From an uncultured Microthrixaceae bacterium (GTDB lineage Bacteria > Actinomycetota > Acidimicrobiia > Acidimicrobiales > VFJN01), in the NCBI GenBank assembly GCA_963795165.1, contig CAWCGT010000002.1, positions 94,565 to 158,564 on the forward strand: a DNA stretch of 64,000 bases. The letters run 5' to 3'. Each line of letters begins with the position of its first letter. The stretch's first letter is position 1. Shown here piece by piece: positions 11,757 through 22,613 of the stretch. Below the pieces are notes generated by a model that saw nothing but the letters and a program-made list of their open reading frames with translations, was not told the origin of the DNA and did no database searches. The translations under genes were made by a program, and so were the position numbers.

Positions 11757-12325
11757 GCCGAGTCCGTGATCGGCTCGAGGCGCATGGTGGTGGCGCGATG
11801 GATGGTGATGTCGCTGAGGAAGGGGCTGGTGATGTCGTGGTCGACGACCACCCTGACCCCGACCGAGTCCACCTCGGCGCCGCAGGCATCGGGATCGGAC
11901 CAGGTCCCGGCACGGGAGGCGAACCGGGTGCCGTCCCAGGTCCACCGGATGCAAGACGTCGAGCAGGTCGACCCCGATGAGGGCTGCCCAGCTGCATCAG
12001 CCTCGTACACCCAGAGCCGGACCGGGGTGCCCTGCATGGGCAGCCCGTCGAGGTCGCGCTCCACGCTGGTGCGGATGGCGTCGAGGGCGCTGTTGAGACG
12101 AGCGGCGTCGCCGCTGCGGGCGGCGCCGGCGTAGGTGGACGACGCCAACCGGGCCCCGGTGCGGCTGGCGCCCACCGATGTGGATGCCGAGTTCATGCCG
12201 AAGGCCAGCTGGGTGAGCCCGAAGAAGAGCAGGATCATCACCGGGATGACGAAGGCGGCCTCCACCATCACCGCGCCCCGCTGTCTGTCGGCCCCGACGG
12301 CCATCCGCAGTCGCATCGACCTCAC
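11750..12325 (-). CDS. TadE family minor pilin
   Basis: RGAVMVEAAFVIPVMILLFFGLTQ...SRTGARLA. Confidence 0.9.
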   Translation of the reverse strand: MRSMRLRMAVGADRQRGAVMVEAAFVIPVMILLFFGLTQLAFGMNSASTSVGASRTGARLASSTYAGAARSGDAARLNSALDAIRTSVERDLDGLPMQGTPVRLWVYEADAAGQPSSGSTCSTSCIRWTWDGTRFASRAGTWSDPDACGAEVDSVGVRVVVDHDITSPFLSDITIHRATTMRLEPITDSAC

Positions 12326-12457
12326 CTCCCAGGCGCCCTCCTGGGCAGACCTGAGTCGTCACCTCTCGCTCAGCGCGAGAGCCGAATCCGTCTCAGCCCG
12401 TCCACCCGCTCGTCCCGCCGCCCACTCTACGTCACCCGCCTTCCGCCCCGCACCGCC

Positions 12458-14426
12458 TCACCGCACAAGGCCCACGCCCCCGAGCACAGGGATCTGCACG
12501 GCGTTGCTGGGTGTGGGCTGCATGCGGAGCTGGCCCTGGAGGAGCTGCAGGCTCCGGGCAATGAACTGCGCATCCTGCGGGGTGGCCGACGCCGGCGAGC
12601 GCATCTCCACCCGAGCGTTGGGGAGGAAGTACACGCCCCGCGCCTGGAGGTTGCCCCCGGCGCGCACCTGCGACAACGTGGACGACTCGGTCCAGAGGGC
12701 AAGGTCTTCAAGATCGACCGCTCCGGGGGTGGGTTGGGTGTCGAGCTGGTTCGGAGCCGACCACCGGAGGAGGCCCGCCACGACCAGATGGGCGTTGTCG
12801 TCGTTGGTCACCGCGCACGGCCGGGCCGGGTCGCAGCTCGAGTCGTAGACGCCGTTGACGGCCTGGTGGGGTGTGTAGGTGGCATTGGCAGCGACCTTTG
12901 GCCCTGCCAGGTATGCGGCGGTCTGGCAGAGGGCGGCCCGTCCGGTGACGTTCAGGGCACCCTGCGTGCTGCCCGTCGCCCGCCCCCCGAAGATGATCAG
13001 CTGGGTGGTCCCGCCCCAGCCCTGGCCCCTCCCGGCCCGTGCAGGCGGCGCTGGTCGCTACGTCGGTGTTGGCGAAGGCGGTGGCGCTGTTGATGCCCAG
13101 GCGACCCCCACCGGCCACGGACAATCCGCCGTTGCTGTTACCGCCGACCACGATCCGGCGGGCTGCAGGCAGGTACAGCTGGCTGTTGTTGCTGACGGCG
13201 ACGGGCCCGTTGAAGATGACGTCCGTGGCCGCGGCGAAGGTGGCGTTGGTGGGGCTGTAGCCGCCTGGGCAATTCACGAACACCTGCGCGGCGGCGACGG
13301 TGGCGCTGTGGTTGTTGCACGTGCCGCCGCTGAGGGTGGCCCATCCGGCGGGGGCGGTCGTGCGAACGGCGTCGGAGTAGCCGCTGGCGTGCGCCGTTGC
13401 GATGGTGGGGGCCGACGAGGGGTTGTACTTCTCGTCGACCGGGCCACGGGACACGACCCGACCTGCGATCGGGGCGGGAGAGAGCCCGGCGACGGTGGAC
13501 CCGCCATAGGCGATGGGAGGCAGCCCGATCTGCAAGGCGTGGAGGGCGATGATGCCCGGCGTGCCGTCTGGAGCGGGGTGGGCCACGATCTTCGGTCCGG
13601 AGGTGCCCGAGCTGTAGGTGGTCCAGCCGCCCGGGTTGTTGTTGCCGTTGCAGCCGGTGGCAGGCGACCCCGAGCTGTCGACGTGGATGATGCCCGGCTC
13701 GGTGGGACCGGCTGGATCCACCACGATCCCGAGCTCACCCGAGCCGACCTGCTCTGACAGCGTGTCGCAGGTCGTTCGCTCGAGCATGAGGAACGCGGGC
13801 ACGCCCAAGCCCTCGATGGTGATGCGAACTCGGGCCACCGATCGAGCCACGGTCTGGTACTCGGTCGCGCCGGCGATGCCGCCGAAGAGCGCAGGGTCGG
13901 CGTTCGAGAGGATGACCGCGAGCTGGTCGCAGCCTCCGTTGGCTACCAGCCCGTTGTCGCCCGCGTACTCGGCGGCGTCCTCGGGGAAGTCGGCGTCGGG
14001 GGTCACGTACCCCGATCGCAGGTCGGCCGCGAAGTCGCCGTCGACGGCTCGGATCCACGCCCACGACGCGGGGGTGGACGGCACGCACTCTTGGTTCACG
14101 AGCGTCGAGCAGGGCGACCCACCCACAGGGTTGCCGGCGCCGTCACGGTAGGTGAGGCTCAGCGAGAGCTCGGGCCGGTTGACCTCCAGGTAGGCCAGCG
14201 CTGCGCAGACGCCCCGCCATGGCCGGGCGACCGCATCCGGGGCGAGCGCCTGCGCGCCCGCTGCGGTGACGATGTCGGTGGTGCGCTTGTTGTCCTGGCG
14301 GGTGTTGCGGACGTTGCTGAGGTCGAGGACGAGCGCCACCACGGTGAGGATGGCCACCAGGGCCACGGCCATCAGGATGATCGTGATGCCTGCGTCATCG
14401 CGGCCGCGGCCGCGGCCGCCGCTCAC
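12458..14426 (-). CDS. TadG-like pilus-associated protein, module 3 (one frameshift near 13020)
   Basis: AGITIILMAVALVAILTVVALVLDL N-terminus; Cys-rich body; C-terminal ORF 12458-12811 ending GVGLVR*. Confidence 0.8.
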
Positions 14427-14914
14427 GGGTCGCAGTCCCGCTCGTACCGGCTCACCGAGGCCGAGCGGAGCGTGAGATCACGACTGAAGAACACCACCTG
14501 CAGGACGCTGGTCCGCCGGGCCCAGACCAGGACTGCGCAGTCGCCGGTGGGGACGCCGCTGACGGCGGGTTCGTCGCCTGCGGGGAGGGAGCAGCTCGAC
14601 GACCGGACGGTTGTCGACGGGGCCCGCACCAGCTTGACGCACACCTGACCGGACTGCAGGTCGCCAGCGGCCAGGGCGACCGTGCGCCCCCGGACGGCGT
14701 CGGCCCACGCTGCGTCGTGGGGGAGGGTGGCTCCAAGACGTGACCCCTCTCGCACGGCGTTGGACATCGAGTTCTTCCGGCTCATCGAGACGCCGCCGGT
14801 GAAGAGCCCGATGAGCAGCGCGAACAGCAAGGGCCCGATCAGGGCGAACTCCACCAAGGCGGCGCCGCGGTCACCCGCGCGCCGCTGCGTGCTCCGCTCG
14901 CCTGTACCCGTCAT
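14423..14914 (-). CDS. TadE family minor pilin
   Basis: RGAALVEFALIGPLLFALLIGLF...AVREGSRLG. Confidence 0.9.
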   Translation of the reverse strand: MTGTGERSTQRRAGDRGAALVEFALIGPLLFALLIGLFTGGVSMSRKNSMSNAVREGSRLGATLPHDAAWADAVRGRTVALAAGDLQSGQVCVKLVRAPSTTVRSSSCSLPAGDEPAVSGVPTGDCAVLVWARRTSVLQVVFFSRDLTLRSASVSRYERDCDP

Positions 14915-14941
14915 TCGTGTCGCCACGCTCCTGGTGGGCTC

Positions 14942-14958
14942 CCTCACCCAGGGTGAGG
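14942..14958. promoter_or_regulatory. 17-bp palindromic operator, BldD-box-like, overlapping a -10-like element
   Basis: CCTCACCCAGGGTGAGG fits TNAC-N5-GTNA; minus-strand TAACCT overlaps its edge; 28 nt upstream of the first tadE ATG. Confidence 0.55.
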
Positions 14959-15025
14959 TTACCGTGTGGAACCCGGACTCGCTTCGCGGCGTTTGCGGCG
15001 ATCTGGCCACTCGCCGTGGCGGCCG

Positions 15026-15280
15026 CTAGCCCTCCGGCAGCACGTCGACGAGCTTGCGGCCCTTGCGGCGGCCGAACTTCACCTTGCCGTCGGCCGTGGC
15101 GAACAGCGTGTCGTCGCCGCCCCGGCCCACGTTCTCACCGGGGTGGAACTTGGTGCCGCGCTGGCGCACGATGATCGTGCCGGCGGTGACGGCGGTGCCG
15201 TCGAACACCTTCACGCCGAGGCGCTGGGCGTTGGAGTCGCGGCCGTTCCGGGTGGAACCGCCGCCCTTGGTCTTCGACAT
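15026..15280 (-). CDS. rpmA: 50S ribosomal protein L27
   Basis: [24 protein letters not shown]. Confidence 0.98.
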   Translation of the reverse strand: MSKTKGGGSTRNGRDSNAQRLGVKVFDGTAVTAGTIIVRQRGTKFHPGENVGRGGDDTLFATADGKVKFGRRKGRKLVDVLPEG

Positions 15281-15290
15281 GGTTCGCTCC

Positions 15291-15603
15291 TCAGCCCTTC
15301 GAGATGCCGGTGATCTCGATGGCGTCGTAGTGCTGGCGGTGGCCCCAGCGCTTCCGCTGGTTGCTCTTGTTCTTGTAGGTGAAGCCGTTGATCTTCGGGC
15401 CCTTGGCCTCGCCGACGACCTTGGCGGTGACGGTGGCGCCGGCGAGCTGGCCGGGGGTGGCCAGGACGGTGTCGCCGTCGACGAGCAGGACCGGGCGTGA
15501 GGGTGACCTCGTCGCCGACGGCCATGCCGAGCTTCTCGACGTCGAGGCGCTGGCCGGCCTCGACCCTCTCCTGCTTGCCACCGGTCTTGATCACTGCGTA
15601 CAT
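15291..15603 (-). CDS. rplU: 50S ribosomal protein L21 (one frameshift)
   Basis: [11 protein letters not shown]...KRWGHRQ. Confidence 0.97.
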
Positions 15604-15668
15604 CAGGGCGTTCGTCTTCGCGGTCGACGCGGGACGGACGATGCTACCGCCGACGGGCTCGGCACGCC

Positions 15669-17686
15669 TCAATCCGGCGGCAGCAGGTCCGGGTCGACGA
15701 CCAGGCCCCGGCCCTCGCAGTGCGGGCAGCTGCCGGCGAAGGACTCGAGCAGGCCCTCGCCGATGCGCTTGCGGGTCATCTCGCACCAGGCCCAGCTCGG
15801 AGATCTCGAACACCTGGGTGCGGGTCTTGTCCCGGGCCAGGGCCTCGCGGAACACCCGGATGACCTCGTCGCGGTTCGGGCGGATCTCCATGTCGATGAA
15901 GTCGATGACGATGATGCCGCCGATGTCGCGCAGCCGCAGCTGGCGGGCGATCTCATCGGCCGCCTCGAGGTTGTTGCGGAAGACGGTCTCCTCGAGGCTC
16001 GACGTGCCGACGTTCTTGCCGGTGTTCACGTCGATGACGGTGAGCGCCTCGGTGTGCTCGATGATGAGCGAGCCGCCCGACGGCAGCCACACCTTGCGGT
16101 CGAGGGCCTTGTGGAGCTGCTCGTGGACGTGGAAGCGCTCGAAGAGCGGCAGCGGCTCGCTCGGCCGGGTCGAAGAGCTCGACCCGGTCGGCCAGCTCCG
16201 GGCTGATCGACGCCACGTAGTCGCGGACCTCCTCGTAGAGGGCCGGGTCGTCGATGACGACGCCGCGGTAGTCGTTGTTGAACTCCTCGCGGATCACCCG
16301 CACCGCCATGTCGGGCTCGCGGTAGAGCAGCGCCGGCGCCTGCGACCGCTTGGCCAGGGCCTCGATCTGGTCCCACTGGTCGAGCAGCCGGCGGACGTCG
16401 CGCTCGATCTCCTGGTCGGTGACGCCCTCGGCCGCGGTGCGCACGATCACGCCGTGCTGCCTCGGGCTTCACCCGGTCGAGGATGTCGCGGAGCCGCTTG
16501 CGCTCGTCGTCGGGCAGGCGCTTGGAGATGCCGTAGGTGGAGCTGTTGGGGATCAGCACCACGAAGCGACCCGGGCAGGGACACCTCCTGGGTGAGGCGG
16601 GCGCCCTTGGCGCCGATGGGGTTCTTGGTGACCTGGCAGATGATCGTCTGCTTGGCCTTGAGCATCTGCTCGATGCGCAGGTTGCTCTGCTTGCCCTTGG
16701 GCCGCCTCGACGTCCTCGGCGTCGTAGTGCACGTCGCCCCGGTAGAGCACGGCGTTCTTCGGCGTGCCGATGTCGACGAAGGCCGCCTCCATGCCCGGCA
16801 GCACGTTCTGCACCTTGCCGAGGTAGATGTTGCCGTGGATCTGGGCGACGTCGTCGGCGGGCCGGGAGACGTAGTGCTCGATGAGGTTGCGGCCCTCGAG
16901 CACGGCGATCTGGGTGGCCTTGGGGTCGACGTGGACGCACATGAGGTAGCGGCCGACCGGCCGGCCCTTGCGCTCGCGGCCGCGCCGGGCGCTCGAGCAC
17001 GTCGTCGTCGAGGTCGATGCCGCCGGTGGGCAGGACCGCCTGCGACGGGTGAGCCGCCACGGCCGCCACGGCCACCGCCGGCCCTGGTCGGGCCGCTGGC
17101 CGGCAGGCCGGCGCTGGTCGGCGGCGCCGCCACCTCCGCCGCCGCTGCCGCTGCCCCCGACCGCGGCCGCCTCGGCGGCGCTTGCGCTTCGGCGCGCCGT
17201 CGCCGTCGCCGCCGGCGCTCGCGGCGCCAGGACGGGGCGGCGGAGCGGTGGGCACGGGCCTGGAGTCGCCGATCTGGGGCTCGCCGAGCGGCCTCGGCCT
17301 CGGGACGGCGGACCAGCGAGGCCGTCGGCGGCCTCGACCGACTCGGGGCGGCCCTCGCGAGGCGAGTCGGGCAGCTCTCGGGATGCGGTCGTCGTCGGCC
17401 TGGTCGCCGTCGTCGTCGCCCTGGCGCGCGGGCGGCTGCGGTTGCGGCCGCCGCGGGAGCCCCGCCGGCGGCGCTTGGCGCGCTGGCGCCGTGTCGCCAC
17501 CGCCGCTCGGCACGGTCGTCTGGCGCACCGCTGTCGCTCGCGTCGGCGGTCGATGGCGCGGCGCTGGGGGCGTCGTTGGTCGGCGCGCTGGCGCCGCGCC
17601 GGCGGCGCTGGGGTCAGCGGGCTGGGTCGGGGCGTGGGCTCGGGGGCGGTGCCGCCGGCGGTGTCGCCGGTGGGGAGTTCGGTCAT
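15669..17686 (-). CDS. rne: Rne/Rng family ribonuclease (frameshifted)
   Basis: [60 protein letters not shown]; low-complexity Arg-rich N-terminus. Confidence 0.93.
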
Positions 17687-17701
17687 CGGGGAGATCCCTT
17701 C

Positions 17702-18427
17702 TCATGACGCACGCGCTGTGCGCGTGCGGGGTCGACGTCGCGCCGCGTGCGCCGAGGTCCCCGAGGGGGATCGGCTCGCAGCGGGCGCCGTCGACCGACG
17801 TCCATTGGTGGGTTCGCAGCACCCGGCCGACGACCCACGAGGGGTCGAGGGCGCGGAGCAGCTCCGCGGGGCGGAGGCTGCGGGGTTGGGTGGCCAGCTC
17901 GGCATCGAGCACGGCGCCGTGCGGCGGTCGAGGCGCGAGGATCGCGGGCCGGGCGTCGAGCTCGGGACCTCGGTGCCCTTGCGCTCGACGACGATCGGGA
18001 GCTCGTCCGAGGGCCATGCACCCGCTCGACGGCGGCCACCAGCCGCGCGGGTCGGCACGCCGTCGAGCTCGATGCCGCCAGCTGCAGCTGGTGACGGCCT
18101 GCTGGAGCGAGTCGGTGCCCGGCGGGATCGGGATCGGCGGCCTGGGCCTCCATCCCGAGTGGGCAGGGACGGGGTTGACGATCGCCGGGCAGGGCTCCGC
18201 GGGTCGACGTCGGCTCGGCGAGGTCGATGTCGAGGTACTCGCCGAGGCTCTCGTAGCCCGTGGAGAGGGCCAGGCCGAAGCTGAGCTGCGGCCGGGGCGA
18301 GAACCCCTCGCTGTAGGCGACCCGCACGCCGGCGCGGCGCAGGGCGCGCTCCCAGACCCGAGCCACGTCGCGGTGGGACAGGAAGCGGACCTTGCCGACC
18401 TTGGCTGAAGCGGACGCGCTGCTTCAC
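17702..18427 (-). CDS. TIGR03936-type radical SAM-associated protein (DUF2344) (frameshifted)
   Basis: FLSHRDVARVWERALRRAG...YSEGFSPRPQLSFGLALSTGYES; usual position between TIGR03960 and rne; 3' end uncertain. Confidence 0.85.
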   Translation of the reverse strand: MKQRVRFSQGRQGPLPVPPRRGSGLGARPAPRRRAGRLQRGVLAPAAAQLRPGPLHGLREPRRVPRHRPRRADVDPRSPARRSSTPSLPTRDGGPGRRSRSRRAPTRSSRPSPAAAGGIELDGVPTRAAGGRRRAGAWPSDELPIVVERKGTEVPSSTPGPRSSRLDRRTAPCSMPSWPPNPAASAPRSCSAPSTPRGSSAGCCEPTNGRRSTAPAASRSPSGTSAHAARRRPRTRTARAS

Positions 18428-20394
18428 GCGCCCACCCCCGCCGGCTTGCGCCGCGAGCAGCGTGACCGGCACCTCGCCGCCACGGTGCGAGGTCCTGGCC
18501 GGTGCCCTGGCTGCCGCCGGCCGGGGGGACGGCCGAGGCCACGACGTGCTCGATGCCGTAGCCGGTGCAGGCGCCGCAGTCGTAGCAGGGCGTCCAGCGG
18601 CAGTCCTCGCAGGCCGAGCTCGTCGAGCGCGTCGCGCCAGTCCTGCCAGAGGAAGTCCTTGTGGAGGCCGGCCGAGAGGTGGTCCCACGGCAGCGCCTCG
18701 TCCTCGGTGCGATGCCGGTGGCAGTACCAGTCCATGTCGAGCCCTGCGGCCTCCATGGCGTCGCTCCCACAGGTCGAGCCGGAAGTGCTCGCTCCACTCC
18801 TGGAAGGTGCCGCCGGCCCGCCAGACGTGCTCGATGACGGCGCCGAGGCGGCGATCGCCCCGGCTGACCAGGCCCTCGACCACGCTGGCCTGCGGGTCGT
18901 GCCACTTGATCTGCACGCCCTTGGCCTTGCTGCGCGGCGTCGCGCAGCAGGTTGACCTTGCGGCGCAGCTCGACCTCGGTGTTCATCCCGAACCACTGGA
19001 ACGGGGTGAACGCCTTGGGCACGAACCCGCCGACGCTGACCGTGACCGTGCCGTTGTGGCCGTGCGCCTTGGCCAGCTCGACGCAGCGGCGGGCCAGCTC
19101 GATGATGCCGAGGGTGTCCTCGTCGGTCTCGGTGGGCAGGCCGGTGAGGAAGTAGAGCTTCACCCGCCGCCAGCCCTGGCTGAAGGCGGAGTCGACCGCC
19201 GCTGTAGAGGTCCTCCTCGGTGATGAGCTTGTTGATGACCTGGCGCATGCGCCAGGTGCCGGCCTCGGGAGCGAAGGTGAGCCCGGTGCGGCGGGCCTTC
19301 TGGATCTGGGCGGCCACGCCGACGGTGAAGGCGTCGACCCGCAGGCTGGGGAGGCTGACCGACACGTTGCCGCAGCCGACCGAGTCGTCCATGGCGTCGG
19401 CGACGACGTCCTCGATGCCGGAGAAGTCGGCCGTCGAGAGGCTGGTGAGGGCGACCTCGTCGTAGCCGGTGCGGCGGAGGCCCTGCTGCACCATCGAGGC
19501 GCACCTGGTCGGCCGGGCGCTCGCGCACCGGCCGGGTGATCATCCCGGCCTGGCAGAAGCGGCAGCCACGGGTGCAGCCCCGGAAGACCTCGACGTTGAG
19601 GCGGTCGTGCACCACCTCGGTGAGCGGCACGAGCTGCTGCTTCGGGTAGGGCCAGTCGGCCAGGTCGGCGATGGTGCGCTTCTCGACCGTCGGCCGGCGC
19701 GGCCGGGTCGATCGGGCACGGTGACCTCGAGGCGCCCGTCGGGGAGGTACCGGGCCTCGTAGAGCGACGGGCACGTAGACGCCCTCGACGCCGGCCAGGG
19801 CCCGGAGCACGTCGATCGCGGTCGGCGCGGCCGCCGGCCTTCCACGCCGCCGACGACCTCGTTGATCTCGCTGACGACCTCCTCGCCGTCGCCCAGCACG
19901 ACGAAGTCGAGGAAGTCGGCCAGCGGCTCGGGGTTGTAGGTGGCGTGCCCGCCCGGCGCCGACCAGCGGGTGCTGCGGCCGTGCGGTCGGCGGCGCGGAC
20001 GCGGCACGCCGGCCAGGTCGATGCAGTTCAGGACGTTCGTGTAGACGAGCTCGGCCGACAGGTTGAAGGCGATCACGTCGAACTCGTCGGCCGAGCGGTG
20101 GGTGTCCACCGAGAACAGCGGGATCGCCTCCCGGCGCAGCACGTCCTCGAGGTCGGTCCACGGGGCGTAGGACCGCTCGGCCAGGGCGTCGGAGCGCTCG
20201 TTGAGGATCTCGTAGAGGATCTGGAGGCCCTGGTTGGGCAGCCCGATCTCGTAGGTGTCCGGGTACACCAGCAGCCACCCGACCCGGTCAGGGGCGGGCG
20301 ACGGGACCTCGGCGCCGAGCTCGCAGCCGATGTAGCGCGCCGGCTTCTGCACCGAGGCCAGGTGCGGCTCGAGGCGAGCCCAGACATCGACCAT
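18424..20394 (-). CDS. TIGR03960-type B12-binding radical SAM protein (frameshifted)
   Basis: VQKPARYIG, YPDTYEIGLPNQGLQILYEILN, FRGCTRGCRFCQAG (CxxxCxxC), DCRWTPCYDCGAC. Confidence 0.92.
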
Positions 20395-20471
20395 GGTGGC
20401 TCCCAGGGTACAAGACCCCCCAGGGCGGCCCCCCATCGCCCCCGGTCACCCCACCCCAGCCCCCTCTCCCA

Positions 20472-20586
20472 CCGAGGTTGGGGGCAAGGGCGGCCGCAGG
20501 GCGAACCACTGTGCCCCCAACCTCGGAGCTGCCCACGGGTTCGGGGCATGGGCGTCCGCAATGCGAACCATCGTGCCCCCGACCTC
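20472..20586. repeat. Two tandem REP-like inverted-repeat units (left pair)
   Basis: CCGAGGTTGGGGGCA(20472-86)-N25-TGCCCCCAACCTCGG(20512-26), perfect 15-bp IR; GGGTTCGGGGCA(20537-48)-N25-TGCCCCCGACCTC(20574-86). Confidence 0.85.
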
Positions 20587-21453
20587 ACAGGGGGTCGCGG
20601 AGGGCCGCCTCGATGGTGCGGCGGCCGATGGCGGCGACCCGCTCGTCGCCGTTGGCGAAGGCGACACCGAGGCAGAGGGCCCAGCCGAGCGCCCGCCGCC
20701 ACGTTGCGTCGTCGACGCCAGCGGCGGCGCGGAGCTCGTCCCGGACCGGAGCGGAGAACAGCATCCAGGCCACCGCCAGGTCGGACGCCGGGTCGCCGGC
20801 GGTGAGATCGCCGAAGTCGATGACGGCCGACAGCCGGCCATCGTCGACGAGGAGGTTGAGGGGGTGGACGTCCCCGTGCACCCACACCGGCGGGCTCGAC
20901 CACCCCGGCGTGTCGACCAGCACCTCCCAGCGGCGACGGATCGCCGACTGGTCGACCGACTGGCCCAGCGCTGTCAGGTCGCGGTCGAAGGCGGGCGCTC
21001 GATCGGCCAGTGGGATGCCCCGAACCGGGTTGCGGGGAGCCAGCGGCGGGGCGGCCTGGTGCAGAGCGGCCAGGAACCCGCCGAGCGCCACGGCTGCCTC
21101 GAGCGGCTCGTCGGGGCGGGCGCGCCTCGGCCGTCTCTCCGGCGAGCCACGGAACGATCGACCACGGCCACGGGAACCCACTTCCGGGCCGGCCCGCTCG
21201 CACCGGCATCGGGATGGGCAGCGGCAGCGGCGGCAGCTCGGGGAGCCACCGCAGCTCGTTCTCGAGCAGGGGGACGCGCCAGCGCCCGACGGGGCAGGCG
21301 AACGACCAGGTCGTCGCCGAGGCGGAAGGTGGCGTTGTCCCAGCCGGTGGCCAGTCGCCGCACCGGCCGACCCGCCAGGTCGGGGTGTTGGGCGGCGACC
21401 AGATCGGAGACCAGCTCCTCGTCGATCGCCACCTCCGCGATCGGCTTCGGCAT
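20585..21453 (-). CDS. Aminoglycoside phosphotransferase-like (APH/choline kinase family) protein (frameshifted)
   Basis: GWDNATFRLGDDLVVRLPRR, WVHGDVHPLNLLV, AVIDFGD, GDPASDLA. Confidence 0.9.
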
Positions 21454-21543
21454 CGCCGCATCTTCGCAGGCCCTGCCACATGCCATCGGCGCGTGCAAGA
21501 CCTTCCATCTCGTTCGGGCACGAGGGCAGGGTCAGCTCGTGCG

Positions 21544-22480
21544 GTGGATCGACCGAGGATCGCGAAGCTGGCCCGGGCGCAGCACGGGGCCTGGACCCGG
21601 CGAGCAGGCGCTGGCCGCTGGAGGCGCCTGCGGTCGCTCATCCAGCGTCGCGTGCGCCGGCGGCAGCTGGCTGCGGCTCGACAGCGGCCGTGTACGCCAG
21701 CCCCGCTGGCACCCCGACGTGGCGGCGCTCGGTGATGGCGTCGGTGCTGGCGGAGCGGCGGGCGGTGGCCTCGCATCGGTGCGGCGGCCGTGCTGCACGG
21801 ACTCGCACGGCTTCCGACCCGGGCGACCCGAGATCACCGTCCCCCCGGGGGCCAACGCACGGGGCGAGCTGGCGCACCGTCCACCGAGGCATCGATGTTC
21901 CCAGGCACAGCCGTCGACGGAATCCCCTGCGTCACCTTGGACCAGGCCTGTTCATCGACCTAGCCGGCGTGGCGTCGTCGAGCACGACTCCGGCGCGCCC
22001 TGGCACGCCGGGCCGACGCACGACCCGCACGTGCTTGGACGGCGTGCGGATCGCTACGCGGAGCTTGGCGCCCGGGGTGGTCGCAACCTCCGGACAGCTC
22101 CGGGCGGTGCTGGAGCGGCTCGGGCCGGAGCCGAGCGTCGACGTGTCGGCGCTCGAGAAGGCGGATGCGACGTGCTGTTCCGCGCCGCCTGGCTGCCCGC
22201 CGGTGCGCTGGGAGGCCCGTTCCCCGGGCGGGAGCCGGTCGCGCAGCGGGTGGACGGGCTCGATCGACGCCTGGCGCGTCGTGCTCGAGGGCGATGGCCG
22301 CGCCTGGCACACCCGGGTCGACGACTTCGAGCGCGACCGCCGACGTGACCAGGCCGCGGCGGCGGCTGGCTTCCTCACCCTGCGGTTCACCTACGTCCAG
22401 ATGCGTCGACGAGCCGGCGACCGGTGCCTCGAGGTCCTCCGCCAGACCGGCGACACCGGCGCCAGCCTCGCGCGCGTCGA
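21544..22480 (+). CDS. AbiEi-antitoxin-like / DUF559 (PD-(D/E)xK-type) protein (frameshifted, ends approximate)
   Basis: IAKLARAQHGAWTR, VYA...TWRRSVMASVLA...VASHR, PEITVP, and VVLEGDGRAWH...FERDRRRDQ...GFLTLRFTY. Confidence 0.75.
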
Positions 22481-22597
22481 GGTTGGGGGCACGAGGGCCG
22501 GCGACCGGTCCGCCACTTGCCCCGCAACGCTCGAGGCCAAGCGGGTGGGTTGGGGGCACCAGAACGCCGCTGACCGGCCGCCGCGCCCCCAACCTCG
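22478..22597. repeat. Two tandem REP-like inverted-repeat units (right pair)
   Basis: CGAGGTTGGGGGCA(22478-91)-N26-TGCCCCGCAACGCTCG (degenerate); GGGTTGGGGGCA(22547-58)-N25-CGCCCCCAACCTCG(22584-97). Confidence 0.85.
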
Positions 22598-22613
22598 ACG
22601 CGGTGCGGGGGGG

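Noticed and set aside
20585-21453. APH-family gene as a bona fide aminoglycoside resistance gene
   Set aside because: Only the general kinase-fold motifs are visible. This broad actinobacterial family is mostly of unknown substrate.
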